DNA of 64,000 nt from Selaginella moellendorffii. Taxonomy: Eukaryota > Plantae > Lycopodiophyta. Positions within the stretch are counted from its first letter, which is position 1; every line of letters begins with the position of its first letter. The notes below the pieces were generated by a model, which searched no databases, had not been told where the DNA came from, and saw nothing but the letters and a program-made list of their open reading frames with translations. Both the position numbers and the translations under genes were made by a program. Where the stretch lies: NCBI RefSeq assembly GCF_000143415.4, contig NW_003314370.1:1-64000 (forward strand), read 5' to 3'. Shown here one piece after another: positions 50,654 to 64,000 of the stretch.

Positions 50654-52841
50654 TGGATGGAAATCGGGGTGTTGTTGGCGACAGATCATCTACACCAGAT
50701 GTGAGTGCCACATTTTGGATTTTTATTTTTTTGGTGACACGATTGGATTTGCAGAAGAAAGTCCAGCCCAAGTTAACAGACGTCGAAAGCGTGTTGTCCC
50801 AGTCGCTGAGGAACGAGAACGATTTGTTGAGGTGCCAGCTTAACGATGTCATCGCCAGGGAGAAAAACCAGGTACTTTACAAGTTTGCTGTGAGCTTTTC
50901 TTCTTTCAAGTAGCTACTTTTAAGGAGTGATTCGTTTTCTCTCATTTCAGAGGATTGAGCTCCAGAGGCTGCGACAGCACCGTGACGCGGAGGTGTCATC
51001 ACTCGTCCAGTCGCAAACTTCGCAGCTCAAGTGCGAGGTGGAGCAGCTCAAGTCACTGTTGCAAGGCACGTCGGCGCAGCTGCGGGAGGTGATCAACGAG
51101 AGGGATGAACTGCACATACAGAAGGAGGAGGCGCTGCGTGCGTTCGAGGAGGCCAGGCACAACGCCGGCTCTCAAGAGTCTCGAATGGCCGACCACATCC
51201 GGAGTTTGGAGGAGGCTCTGTGCAAGAGCACAGCGATTGTCAGCAGCCTCGCGGAATCCGTGGACAGCTTCCAACGACACGTTCTTCCTACTTTTAAGCC
51301 TTCCGGTTTTGAAGTCGGCAAGTTGCCGCAAAAAGTAGCACCAGATTCTGGAGAGGGCAGACTTATCATGCAACAGGTACGAGAATTTTGATTTTATTTT
51401 TTTTCTCTTGCGCAAGCAAAAGGAGAGATATAGATAAGATCACAGGTTGATGCTCACGTACTGTGTATGACTTGTTTTTTTTTCCTTTGCAGCTGACGAG
51501 ATTGGAGAACAGCTTGACTTTATTAAGGGTGATTGTGGACGCAAAGAACGACACACTCGTTCTCATTCGCGGAAAGGTCTTTAGTTTATAGCTTTGTTTC
51601 CTGTGTGCTTGAGAGATTTTGACGTTGCCGTTAATGGGGGATCGCAGTTGAAACAAGAGAATGAGGAGTTGCGCAACGAGATGCAGCTGACGCGGGATAA
51701 GAAGCAGCCAACGGGCCAAGCTGTGCCTAGCGGTGACGAGGCTGGATTTGAGAAGCATTTACTTCGCCAAGAGTTACAGTCCTTGCAGGTGCGTACTGCC
51801 CGTTTTTGTTTCTATTTGCTATCTGTCTACCAGAAACATTCTTTGTTCTTATTCAACGAGAACGTGTCGTTGTTGTGCTCTACAGAAACTCTTCAATGCC
51901 GAAGTGCAGCAATTAAAATCTAAGCTAAAAATGTATGAAACCGAAGAGCAACAAGGTCAAGGACGGCTTATGGAAGTCCAGAAGGAGCTAACAGCTTTGC
52001 AAGACAAGCTCCATTCTGTCGAGGCATCCAGGGCCATGCTAGAAGCCAGCCTCAAGGAGGAATCCAGTGCGCGATCTCAGCTGGTTTCTCAAGTTTTCCA
52101 ACTGCGGAAGGTTTGCTGTTTATTTCCAGAATTTGCTCTTTGGTTTTCATCGCGTTCTTATTTGCTTTTCTGGCACCACAGGATAACGAGAAAGCCCGAA
52201 CAGAGCTCGAAACTTTGAAGCTCAACCAAAAGGTCCAAAGCTTTTTTCTCTCTCTCTTTTGATTGTCCATCTCTCTGAGCGAGCTTCGTCTTTTATCTAT
52301 CCAGTTCTTGGTCCGGCAACCACGCAACGGCCGCATACCACCAGAAAAGATGGATTTGATGAACACGGTGAACCAGCTCTTGATGGAGATCAACAAGCTC
52401 AAGAGCGAAAAGGTCGGCTTGGAGGAGGAGCTCAAGACGTTGAGACGCACGCAAGTCCGGGACCGTGTCAAGCGGGGCGTGACGGCTCGAGACGTGGAAA
52501 TGGCAGCTCTCAACAAGGTAAAGCTCTCATTTTTCTCGACTGCCTCCTCACTCCGTGCTCGAAAAACACAACCACAGGTAGGGGACGGTGAATTGGCATC
52601 GAAGCTTGCGAGATCGAGGCTTCAGCAGCTTGCTGTCCAAGACAACTCGAGGCCATTCTCGCCGGCATTAACAGACTGCTCATCGCACGGAAGCGTTGGA
52701 GCGTTTAGCATGAACGTCGACTATAGCTCCAGTAGCGTCCTCCAAGGTGGGCTTCAGGGAGCTAATTGTTGCTTGGAAATGCCTTCCAGGGACGAAGTCT
52801 ACCACCACCATCCCAGCGGCCTCACTGTGAAAGCGGTCTAA
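50654..52841 (+). CDS. Multi-exon coiled-coil protein of unknown function
   Basis: Series of GT-AG-bounded exons with heptad E/Q/L/K-rich translations; stop TAA at 52839-52841. Start codon uncertain. Confidence 0.7.
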
Positions 52842-53033
52842 ATACAAATTTTCTCGCTCGTTGTTTTGTACAAGGGATATCGTGGCTGTTGGTGTCCGAC
52901 GGCTGTGATTGAGAAAATCTCGACCGTTGGGAGATTGACGGCTGGGATTCCACGAGAGCCGACGGTGGCGATTTCGTGGGTTTGCTCGGGTTTTTGCCAG
53001 GAGCCCTAGAAAGAAGAGCGCGAGGCGCGAGCG

Positions 53034-54054
<1,021 letters not shown>

Positions 54055-54244
54055 ACTCCACCAAACTGGGTGAATTTTTTCTTCTTTTTTCTCCGTTTTG
54101 TAAAACTATTAACTTACTATATGAGTGGCTCTTTTTGTCTCAAAAGTTTCTCTTTTATATGTAGATACACCCCCTCAGCTGGATAAAAGTGTGAGGGAAC
54201 CAAGAAAGAAAGAAAAAAATTACAAGCCTGCCAGTGTACACTTA

Positions 54245-57200
54245 TCAGAAGCTCGATAGAACGGCGTCAGTATGTACCGAGAAGAGTTGAGTATCAGCGA
54301 AAAGCTGCGAAGTACCACCAGTAGAAAGAGCTTTTAGTTTTCTTGTCAAAAACTGTAGTAAGTACTATCTTGTGTTACCTTGATAAAAGGACGATCTCGG
54401 CTGGGGAAGGAATCAATAAAACTCTCCTTCAAAAGCAACGAGACCTGGATATGCGTCGTTAGATGATACAACAAGCCGGAGAGACTTACTCGGTCATTAT
54501 TAGATTGAACGTTTGTGATCGTGTGAGCGCGCACGTCCGCGCATAGCGATTCTAAGTAGCTTCTAAGAGTCCTCAAAAAGCCATCCGCTGCCTGTGCCTG
54601 CAATGCCGAAACCATCTCTCGTTCAGTCGCACCAACCGGACCAAACTACCTGTGATTCCGTATACTCGTGGACTGGATGTCTCTTTGCTTTAAAGTCCAC
54701 AGCCGCGAGCTCGGAGTGATACGTTTCCAGTGCCGCTACCAGCTCTCTCTGTCTCGGCAACTGAGGCAAGTAAGACACTGTCACCTGAACGAAAGGGAGC
54801 TTTCAGCCAAGAGAGCATCAAACGCAGTAGCCTATACCTGGTTCTTATATACATTCACACGCATCAAGTTGGAAATTTTGGAGCGCACTTCAGAGCTTTT
54901 GTGTTGGACGCCAACCTAGAGAAGTTATAGTCACTACCACCAATAGATGTAAACAGAGGTAATGACTTACTACAAAAGGCACCGGGGCGTCCAGAAAGTC
55001 CAGCATTTTATATGGAAGTACCTGTGCCAAAGCTCGGCATAACGGGCATGACGTAATTAAAACTTACCGGCAGCAGTAGACTCTGCCATTGAAATGGTCT
55101 CAGCATGGGGATTATGGAGAGGACAACTGCACATAAAATGCCCTGCGGCAGACAAAACCTGAGAAACTGTTGTAAATAAATCCATGCCACTTACAACGTT
55201 CGGACAAACAACCACCATTTGTCTCTCGAGTAAAGCTCCAGCAACCATAGAGAGTATCTGCCAAGAAAAACAGTTAGATAGCACTGCAAGCACTGGGTAT
55301 CAAATAAACTCACGGTATCAAGGGAGAGTGATCTGCACACGGTAGACACAGTCCACAGCGACAGTAGAATGGCCTCTTCTTCCGCCGCTGCAGTTTCGTG
55401 GGCCTATATTGAACGCGTCCAAGTTTTAGAATCAGATCAAACTATAAAACACTGTTACCTCAGCTAGCTCCAGGCCGCTCTTCGATCCATCTGGATCGTC
55501 GGTTGCTTCCCGAGGTCTGACAAAGTTCAAAGGTTGTAGATGGTCGAGAGGCCGGAAAAACACCGGACTGCCTCTGGGAGGTACTGGAAGCTGGTAATAC
55601 ATACAGATTATACGCAACGCGTCACAGTTATTTTCCTGAAGGCGAAAAGAGAAGAACATGTAAAATATAAGATAAATGAAAACAACTGATAGCACCTCGG
55701 CCCATTTGAAAACAGAGTCGACACCGATGTCATCCTGACCCAAACCGCTTGTCTCGCAATTTTCTTCGTCAGAATCCAGGCTTTGAGTACAGCTTTCCAC
55801 AACACTGGAACAGTAAAAGTACGAGTGAGACGTACATCATTAGAACGTGTTTGCACGGCGTACCTGTAAATGGAGTCGGAGCTTTCAGCTCGTTCATGGC
55901 CACGGTGTGACGGAGGCGTATCCACAGTACTGCTGGCAAGGACATCATCTGGCGAAGACGCTTGCAACTCTGACTCATTCTGTTCCACCATATGCCCGTT
56001 TGATTCTCTACTCTCGGCAGTCGCACAAATCTCAGCACTTTCTCCCGACTCAGTGTCTCTCTCGGAGAAGCTAGAGTGCTTCAGAGAAGAAAATGAGTTC
56101 ATCTCGCTCTCGGAAATCAAGCCCGCAGCTGCTGCTGTTGCCCCTAGAACGTCTTCGACGGGAATAGCACTCTCCATCCAGCCGTCCTCATCGTCATCCC
56201 TTGGGGAATTGGCTTTCCCATTTGCCTTACTTCCTAGCTTAACAAGTGGAGGCACGTAGTCGGATATCTTCATTTCGCTAACACATTGGTTGATCCGATC
56301 AAGCCGCTCCTGTGCAATAATACTGCAAGAGAAGGAAAAACCATTAGCAATCGTAGAGCACTCGCTCTTTTATCACGTACCTCTGCAATACTTCAAAATG
56401 TAGGTGGAAAAAAGGAAGCTTCGTGAGAATGCAGTAGCATCGGGGTGCGGAGACCAGAAACCGGCTTCGCGTCAACCTGGACGACGATAAGGGCGTGTTT
56501 ACTGAAAAAAATCCTGGCGCCCTTTGAACAATCTCGCGAACGAAAATGCAGATTCCATAAAGAGTTGCATTATCTGCTACCTGCAAACTCAATACGATGT
56601 AGCTTTTTATGATTGAGAGAGCTTATACACACCTTGAGAACAAAAACGAAAGACAGATCATCTCGCACCTGATGGTCCTGCAAATGATAAAAGTGAATAA
56701 AACTGAAAGAACAAAAAGTCTCAGTACCTGTCCATAAACGACCTCGTTCAAATCGCTCATGGAAGGTGTCCGCTCAACGACTTTGGCCTACAGGCAATCA
56801 AAGAGTTCGCTCAGTCACAGCTAGGCAAGCTTACTATACGCACGTACTTCGACACCACTCGGGAAGCAAAACGATGGGAGATCTTTGCTTCTTAAAGGTA
56901 GACGTTTCCCTGGAGGATACTTGAAGAGTACCTGCAATCTCAAAATCGATACGTAAGCAAACGAGATGCATGAAAACAATAATCACCTACTTGAGGCTCC
57001 AACGTAGGAGCCGGAGCACCGCGGTACTGCCGATCGGCCTCGCTCAGCCGCTCAGCTTTCTCCACATTCCTCTCCCAGGCCTTCTTCTTCGCAAACGCGG
57101 CCTCCACAACCTCCACATTAGTCTCGGGATGCAAGCCGACCACCACAAAATGCTCAAAGATGCTGGTTGGTTCCTTCTTCTGCTTCTTCTCCTGCAGCAA

Positions 57201-57591
57201 TGAAGACTCGTCAAAAAGAGAGACAATCCAAGAGCGTTTGCTTTACCAACGCTTGAAGCTGCAGCTCGATCCACTGGCGCTTTTGTTTGGTCAGCAGCTC
57301 TGGATTGAAAGAGCTCTTCTTGCCACCTTCACGCGGGTACAAGCCCCACTTCCACACCTTTTGAAGCTGGCGCCTCCATTTGTTAAAGCTATTGTTGTTC
57401 TGGAACGCACTGCTGCTATCAATCGGATGCCTGGACGAAACCACAATGGATGGTCGAGGCCTGATCGCGGCAGCGGCCGCTACGGCGGCTCTGGCAACTT
57501 CTTCAGTGGTCTGCGCAAGAAACGAGCGTTGCTCCGGCGCCTCGCTGTTACCTGGAGTGGAAGATGCTTCGCTTGCTTCCATATCATCCAT
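54245..57591 (-). CDS. DENN (AEX-3) domain protein, putative Rab GEF
   Basis: FEHFVVVGL, LPSFCFPSGV, APRCYCILTKLPFFHLHFEVL, LLERQMVVVCPN, RPFQWQSLLLPVLP, FLDAPVPF and FADTQLFSVHTD. Stop TGA at 54245-54247. Confidence 0.93.
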
Positions 57592-58725
57592 GTCGTGTGG
57601 ACAAAACCTCCATAGACGTAGGAAGAGAGAAAGAAAAATTAAACCCGGCTCTTCTCAAGGCATTATAAAACGCGCCGCGAGCCGCCACTCCATCCCATGC
57701 AATATTTCCCAGAGATTTTCCTGCCTAGCCGCCGCTGGTGATTCTATCCCAATCCCACATCGCGCCACTGCCACAAGATTTCTCATCACCTGTTCTAGAA
57801 CTCCCGCTCGGTGCTGGAAATCCCTGCTAGCTAAGAGCTGCGCTACCGAAATTTCCCAACCACAAGCCGCTGCCTAGCCGCTGCCAGGAATTCGCCAGGA
57901 ATTCCCACAAATTCGTCCTAAAGCCCTAAGCGCAAGGCGCTATAGCGATCGCTCCCAGCCTAGACCGACGCAGCGCTCACCGGGCAATCGTTGCTAGCTC
58001 CGCGAGAAGCAACCCTACGCGCCATCGCCTGGAAGCTCCCCCATTGTTGGCAAATCGCGCCTTCCATCCATCTTCTCGTGTGCTTTGAGCGACGATAATC
58101 AAGAACAGTGTCCCTCCTCGTAGGTAACCGGAATATCCGTATAGCTATTCCGTCACCGCCTGTCGAATATTCCGCCCACACCACATGGTCTGCCATTCGC
58201 GCAGCTAGCAAACAATGCCGGGACAAGATCCTGCAAAGCACACAAAGGGACCAGCAAACATCTCGATCTCTCCCACCGTATACTTCTACCGACACCACGA
58301 GTAAAAAAATCTGATTTTCACCAAGGTACAAACCACCAAGCTTTTGACAAAGATTGATTATTTTTCTTTTTCCTTGTTCTTCCCAAGTTCCCGGAAGAGC
58401 GACTTGGTATAAATGGAAGTACTGCCGCCTTTGGAGAGATCACTATATAATATACACCTGAATAGAGAGCGTAGAGATCAAGAGAAAGCAAGAACAAAGG
58501 AGACAACGAGCAAGTCACTTCCGTGTCACGCCTTGGATTTTTTTTCTTTCGTTTTTTTCACCTACAAGCAACACCAGCTTCGTCAATCGTCTCCTTGTTC
58601 TTCGATCGATCCAAACTTATAGAACTATAAATAAAAACCGTTGCTGCTGCTGCTGCTGCTGCCACCGCCGATGCTGCTAGAGAGAAAAAAAAGTGGTTTT
58701 TTCTACCTTTTCCAGCATGATGCCG

Positions 58726-60699
58726 CTAGAAAAAATCGAAGTCGAGATAAGCGCTCGATCCATTCGAGTCGCCTTTGGCTGCTCCTCCAGTCCCTGCCCC
58801 TGCCCCTGTCCCTGTTCCTCCAGATTTCTCCCCTGATACAGCTTGAGCAGTGGAAGTCGATCGCACAACTTCCGGCTCAAACGGCCTGGGAACTTCCGGA
58901 GGAGCGGTCGATCGGATCAAGGCCCAGTTGACGCCTTCAAAGAAAGGATGCTGCTTGATCTCCGTAGCACCGCGCTTGGATCCCAGCCTGTGCTGCGGGT
59001 CCTTGACGAGCAGCCCCCGGATCAAATCTCTCGCCGGGAATCCCACCTCGGACGCCTCTGGAAACTTGAGCGGTTGGCCAACAACGTTGAACAGCGTCGC
59101 GCGGTTGCCTGTGCCTTTGAACGGCGTCTTCCCGTGCAGAAGCTCGTAGAGAAAAATCCCAAAAGTCCACCAGTCCACCGCACTGCCGTGCCCCTCGCCT
59201 TTGATGATCTCCGGAGCCAGATACTCGTGAGTGCCGACGAAGGACATGGACCTCGCTCCAGTCGGCTCGGCTACGAGCTCGGGCAGCGGGCTCACTTGGT
59301 TCCCGACGTCGTTCTTCGACTTCCGGCCTTTCTTGGAGATCTGCGGGAGGAGCCTGGGGAGAAAACACGATGGCTGCGCGCACACTGGCTGGATGCACGC
59401 CGGCTGGACGCAGGATGGCTGGACGCAGTAGAGTGGCAGCCGCCGGAGAGGATCGCCGTCCAAGGCAGCCGACTTGACGAGTGTCGGGCTCACCACGCAG
59501 CGGAGTGACAAGTCGAAGTCGGACAGCATTATGTGGCCGTCTTCTCTCACCAGGACGTTCTCCGGCTTTAAGTCCCTGTACACAATCCCGAGCATATGGA
59601 GGTACTCCAGTGCCAGGAGAACTTCCGAGGCATAGAACCTGTGTGATCAAACGAACTAGTTGTCAGTCACCCGAAACGAAGTAAAACTGGCAGGCAAGCA
59701 CCAAAGTTCCAAACGAGCAATGCTCTTCCACTCTTTCCAAAAGAGCTGGAAGCTTCAAGGTTCCAGTTTTAGCACCTCCGAAAGAAAAATCCAAACTTGC
59801 AAGCATGCACAAAACTTCCAAACGAGCAATGCTCTTCCAGTCTTTCCGAAAGAGCTGGAAGCTTCAAAGTTCCACTTTCAAAACTAGCATCTCCGAAAGA
59901 CAAATCCAACTGGCAAGCACAAAACTTCCATGCTCTTCCACTCTTTCCAAAAGAGCTGGAAGCTTCGAAGTTCCAGTTTCTCAGCCACAACAGCAATCAA
60001 AATCGAAACTTTCGCAAGAAAAAAAGTACTTTACCTCGCAGCTTGTTCCGTAAAGTGCTTGTTTGGTTGCCGCTGGCGCAAGGTGTGCAAGTCCCCGCCA
60101 GTGCAAAACTCCATCACTAGGCACGAGAACTTGTCCGTCTCAAAGTGTGTGTAGAGCGTGGGAAGAAATGGATGATCCAGCAAGGAGAGTATCTCCTTCT
60201 CGGTCTGGGCTCTCAGCACCTTCTTCCTACTAGCCAGCGATCCCTTGTCCATGACCTTCATCGCAAAGTAGCAGCTGGTAGATCGCAGCTCCGCGAGATA
60301 GACGCTGCCAATGTCGCCACACCCGAGCCTCTTGAGCAGCCGGAAGTGGCTGAGACCCAGCAATCCCTCGCGAGTTCTCGCAACCTGGATCGCCTCCCAG
60401 CGCTTGTCATTCGCCTTGTGAGGCTTATTGCTGTTGCCACTGAAGGAGCTACAGCTGCTATCGTTGCTGTCGCTCACGGCGCTGCTGTTAGAACCCCGGC
60501 TCTCGCTGCTCTTGGCGCTCTCGCCCCCAATCCCACCGCCGCCCCCCCGGGCGCTGGATTTCGCAGCGCCGCTCGCCTTGGAGCCGCTCGACTTGGAATC
60601 GCTCGCCGAGGCCGTGCCATCGCTCACCTTGCCGTGATCGCCAGCGCTGATGCTACAATTTCTCATGCCGCCATCGATGCCACCGCATGAGCTCTCCAT
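58726..60699 (-). CDS. AGCVIII (AGC1) Ser/Thr kinase, D6PK-like
   Basis: [28 protein letters not shown] in place of DFG, insertion with repeated CxxP and a basic patch, [14 protein letters not shown] and terminal FxxF. One intron (~59639-60033). Confidence 0.95.
59686..59980. repeat. About 3 tandem copies of a ~110-bp unit in the kinase intron
   Basis: Core ATGCTCTTCCASTCTTTCCRAAAGAGCTGGAAGCTTC repeated at ~59719, ~59829 and ~59930. Confidence 0.9.
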
Positions 60700-61549
60700 C
60701 CCTTTCGCCAGAGATCCCTCCTCCTCCTCCGCTAGCTATCTGTTGGGAGAGATTTTCCTCGCGCGCGCCATTGATCGCGAGACCTGGCATGCAAACAAGA
60801 AAGCAATTGAGGTAAAGCCACGCAAGAAAGAGGGGAAATTTTTCGAGAAGACTTTCTGGGAAGAATGTAGGAACTCACCGACACATCTGGAGCTCACCGA
60901 CGCATCTGGAGCTCACAATCTACCATGCCAGGCCACCACCGGGCAAGGCGCGCTAAACCCTAGGAAACCCTAGAAAAAAATTCGTCCTGGAGAGCAGTGG
61001 CAGCAAGATCGGAGGTATAGCGCGCGGCAGCTGCCGCAAGAAATTTGAGAGGCAGACACACTATATGAGAAAAGAAATTTCTTCCTGGCTATGGCGTCGC
61101 GATTAATCCAAAGCCAGCTTTCATTACCTCTAAACATGCTGCTTAACCCGCCCACAAGCAGCCGTCGATTCTGCCGATCCTGCGGTTAGAACCCGCCAAC
61201 GCATGCGCGGGCTTTAACGGCGGCGTACATCGACACGTGTCACGCGCTCATTAAATGCGCACAAAATGGCCAGGGCGGATCAACACCTTTGACGAGGAGA
61301 TTAACTTAACGGTAACAAGATTTTGGAATCTGTTGGGATCTCCCGCAGACAATCGAATCAAAGTCAATTAAAAGTCAGCAACCATAGCATCAAAGTTTAA
61401 TAGCAGGGATGGGCAAAGTTTTAGAGAAAGAATAGATCAAATTAATGTAGAGAAAAGCGATCACTTTCAAAAACGTAAAAACGATATTGCTTTCAAAAAC
61501 AAAAAGAAATTATTTCCTCGATTTGGTGACAAAATTTTTGTAGTATTTC

Positions 61550-63945
61550 TCAAGCGACCTTGCGAACTTGAATGTGATGTGTTGACTCCGATCGCCAAAT
61601 TGGCTGCTTCCCACTTTGGACCAAAGCAACCTGTTCTCCACCTTTGATCAAGCCTCGATTCTGGAAAAGAGATGATCAATCCATGCTATGACTAGAATGA
61701 AGAGATTTGGAAACTTACTTGGAGAGTGCCCAAGGCTCCAGAGAATGTTTCTTCGGCATCATCCGAGAATTCCATAAAGATTGGCCTTACACCATGGTAC
61801 AAAGCCAGACGTCTTTGAAGTTTCTTACTGAGAAAGAGAAATAGAGAAGAGCTGTGAGTTAGCAACGTAGAAAAGAGCCAGAGGGATGAGCTTACTCGTT
61901 TGTGAAGGCAAAGACAGTCCCCACGGGACGGTAATGACTCAAGAGGGCAGCCATGAAACCGCTCCTCGTGAAGACCAGGATCGATGTTCCTAGCGTGTTT
62001 GCCATCATCGTTGCGTGATAAGCAAACATTTCGCTCATGTGATTCTGACAACAAAGAAAAAGGAAATGTTACGAAACGGACATGGCAAACAGAAGAAAGA
62101 AACCTTAAAAGCACGTCCAAGAGTGCAAGGTGAATCCTCCTCGGAAAGTGTAGCCTCAGTTCGCAAGGCCACAGTGTGCATCACTCTCACTGCTTTGAGG
62201 GGATACCTGTAAAATAGAATAGTTTAAAGCAGACAAGCGAGAAGGCAGCAGGAACGAGATATTACTTTCCGTGAGCCGTTTCTCCCGAGAGCATTATCCC
62301 ATCGGCACCTTCCCGCACAGCGATAGCAATGTCCGAGACCTCGGCCCGCGTGGGTGTCGGATGGTTTATCATGCTCTCTAACATGTTGGTCGCCACAATA
62401 ACTGGCTTACCTTTCTCTCGGCACTTGGTAATAATCTCATCCTGCTCGAACCAAGCGGAAAACGGAAGCTTGAATCACATTAAGTTTCTAGAGAGCGAGA
62501 ACGAACCTGAAGGAGGGGCACGTCTTCAATAGGAAGCTCGGCACCAAGATCTCCTCTAGCAACCATAGCCTGGATACGCAAAAGAATGCGATATAATTCT
62601 CAAGAAACGGCGTAAAGTAAACCTTAGTCTTACCCCGTCACTAGCATCGATAATGGATTGAAGATTTGGTATCGAATCAGCACTTTCGATCTTCACAATA
62701 ATATGAATATCCGCCGAGGACTCTGTCAGACAATTAATTTCAGTCCAAGAAATATGGAAAACAAAAGAACAATGGTTATGCTTGCTTACTTTGTAAATAC
62801 GACTTCAGTTCATGCACTACCTGCGCGTCCTTAACGAAAGAAAGAGCATAGTAGTCTACCTCATTCTCCACACCAAACTTGATGTCCTCCCAATCCTTCT
62901 CCGTTATTGAAGGAAGGGTAGCACTCTTCCCTCTGACATTAAGGTGACGTCGAGAGTTGAGCTCGCCACCATCGAGAACCTCACAGCCCACGGTATCACT
63001 TGTTTTCCATTTCACAAGGAAGGCCATCATTCCTCCTAGTGAAGAAATAAACAGGATGATAAGCACTTGCAAGAAAAACCTTCGCATAAAACCCACCGTC
63101 AACAAGAAGAGTGTCATTAACCTCGACATCGTTCACAAAATCATCGTAATTGACACTGACGGACTTCTCAGTGCCAACACCACGCTTGATCGTGAACGAG
63201 AACTCATCTCCTTTTTCTAGCTTGATTGGTTGAGGAAGATCTCCGCTCCTTACTTCCGGTCCCTGAAAAGAAGCAAAAAAGAGAAACCATGAACACCAGA
63301 AAATAAAAACATGATCTTCCCACCTTGGTATCCAGCATGATAGCGATCACATTATCAGCGGATTTCGCGTTATACTCCTTGACGAGATCGATCACCTTCT
63401 TGTGAGAAGCATGGTCTCCATGCGACATGTTGAGCCGTGCTACGTTCATGCCAGTCTCCGCGAGCTTCCAGATCATCTCACGGGTGTTGGTCGATGGCCC
63501 GATAGTGCAAACAATCTTCGTCTTGCGCTGGAAGCTCGGTTTCGTCCACATCCCTCCGGGTTTGTCGATCGCAGGCACGACCTATGATGCGACAGAGCGA
63601 AATTCCACGCAAAGATCACACCGCATTCGACATGCAAGGCGGAAGAACACTCACCGGCATCGTGTCCGTGACGAAATCCTTGCCTCCATCCTGCGGCGAC
63701 ATCGGGATGATCTGCTGCTGCTGCTGGAGGAGCGTCGCCCTGGCCGCGGCCAATCTTTTCCTCTGCGCCGCGGCAAGCCTTGCGCTCCGGGGTGCAACAC
63801 CACAGCGGATCCTCGTCCCCGTGAACTGGCTGCACAGGCGGTGGCACGGATCATCCAGCGCTCCAAAATCCAGCAGGGAGGAAGAAGAACACACGGATCC
63901 AGGTGCCGCCATCGCCATCACAGGAGAGGAGCGAGCAAAAACCAT
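61550..63945 (-). CDS. Plastidic pyruvate kinase, beta subunit type (PKp2-like)
   Basis: Transit peptide; [69 protein letters not shown]-terminus [18 protein letters not shown]. Start may be a nearby downstream Met. Confidence 0.95.
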
Positions 63946-64000
63946 GGAACGGGGGTTCCAGAATTCGCAATTTGATGGCCATTCCGCCCCGGGAGGTGGA

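Noticed and set aside
58843-60690. Antisense and alternate-frame ORFs over the kinase
   Set aside because: GC-rich codon shadows of the kinase CDS.

Overview
Eukaryotic land-plant nuclear DNA, most likely the lycophyte Selaginella. This is inferred from ~50-100 bp GT-AG introns, very short intergenic spacers and a PPR built from tandem 31-aa repeats. Two gene-dense arms flank a ~20 kb AT-rich, CpG-depleted transposon island (~12.3-32.1 kb) containing three N gaps. Left arm: MATE transporter 3' end, RNA Pol I/III subunit AC19, organellar TypA/BipA GTPase, mitochondrial phosphate carrier, GAUT13/14-like GT8 and a PLS-class PPR. Island: a young but inactivated Ty3/gypsy element with a 175-bp LTR, an older degenerate relative, and fossil repeats. 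Right arm: two tandem EPFL peptide genes, ARIADNE E3 ligase, GRAM/VASt protein, Sec14 protein, an unknown coiled-coil protein, CFIm25, a DENN protein, a D6PK-type AGCVIII kinase and plastid pyruvate kinase. The most notable observation is a textbook -1 ribosomal frameshift cassette (G_GGA_AAC, 6-nt spacer, H-type pseudoknot) at the gag/pol junction of the young gypsy element; its architecture recurs, with a different stem-1 sequence, in the degenerate copy. Other leads are a spliced uORF overlapping the Sec14 start, an in-frame uORF ending TAG-CTAG plus triplicated splice donors in the kinase leader, and atypical features in both EPFL precursors. Gene boundaries were placed by eye and are approximate where stated.
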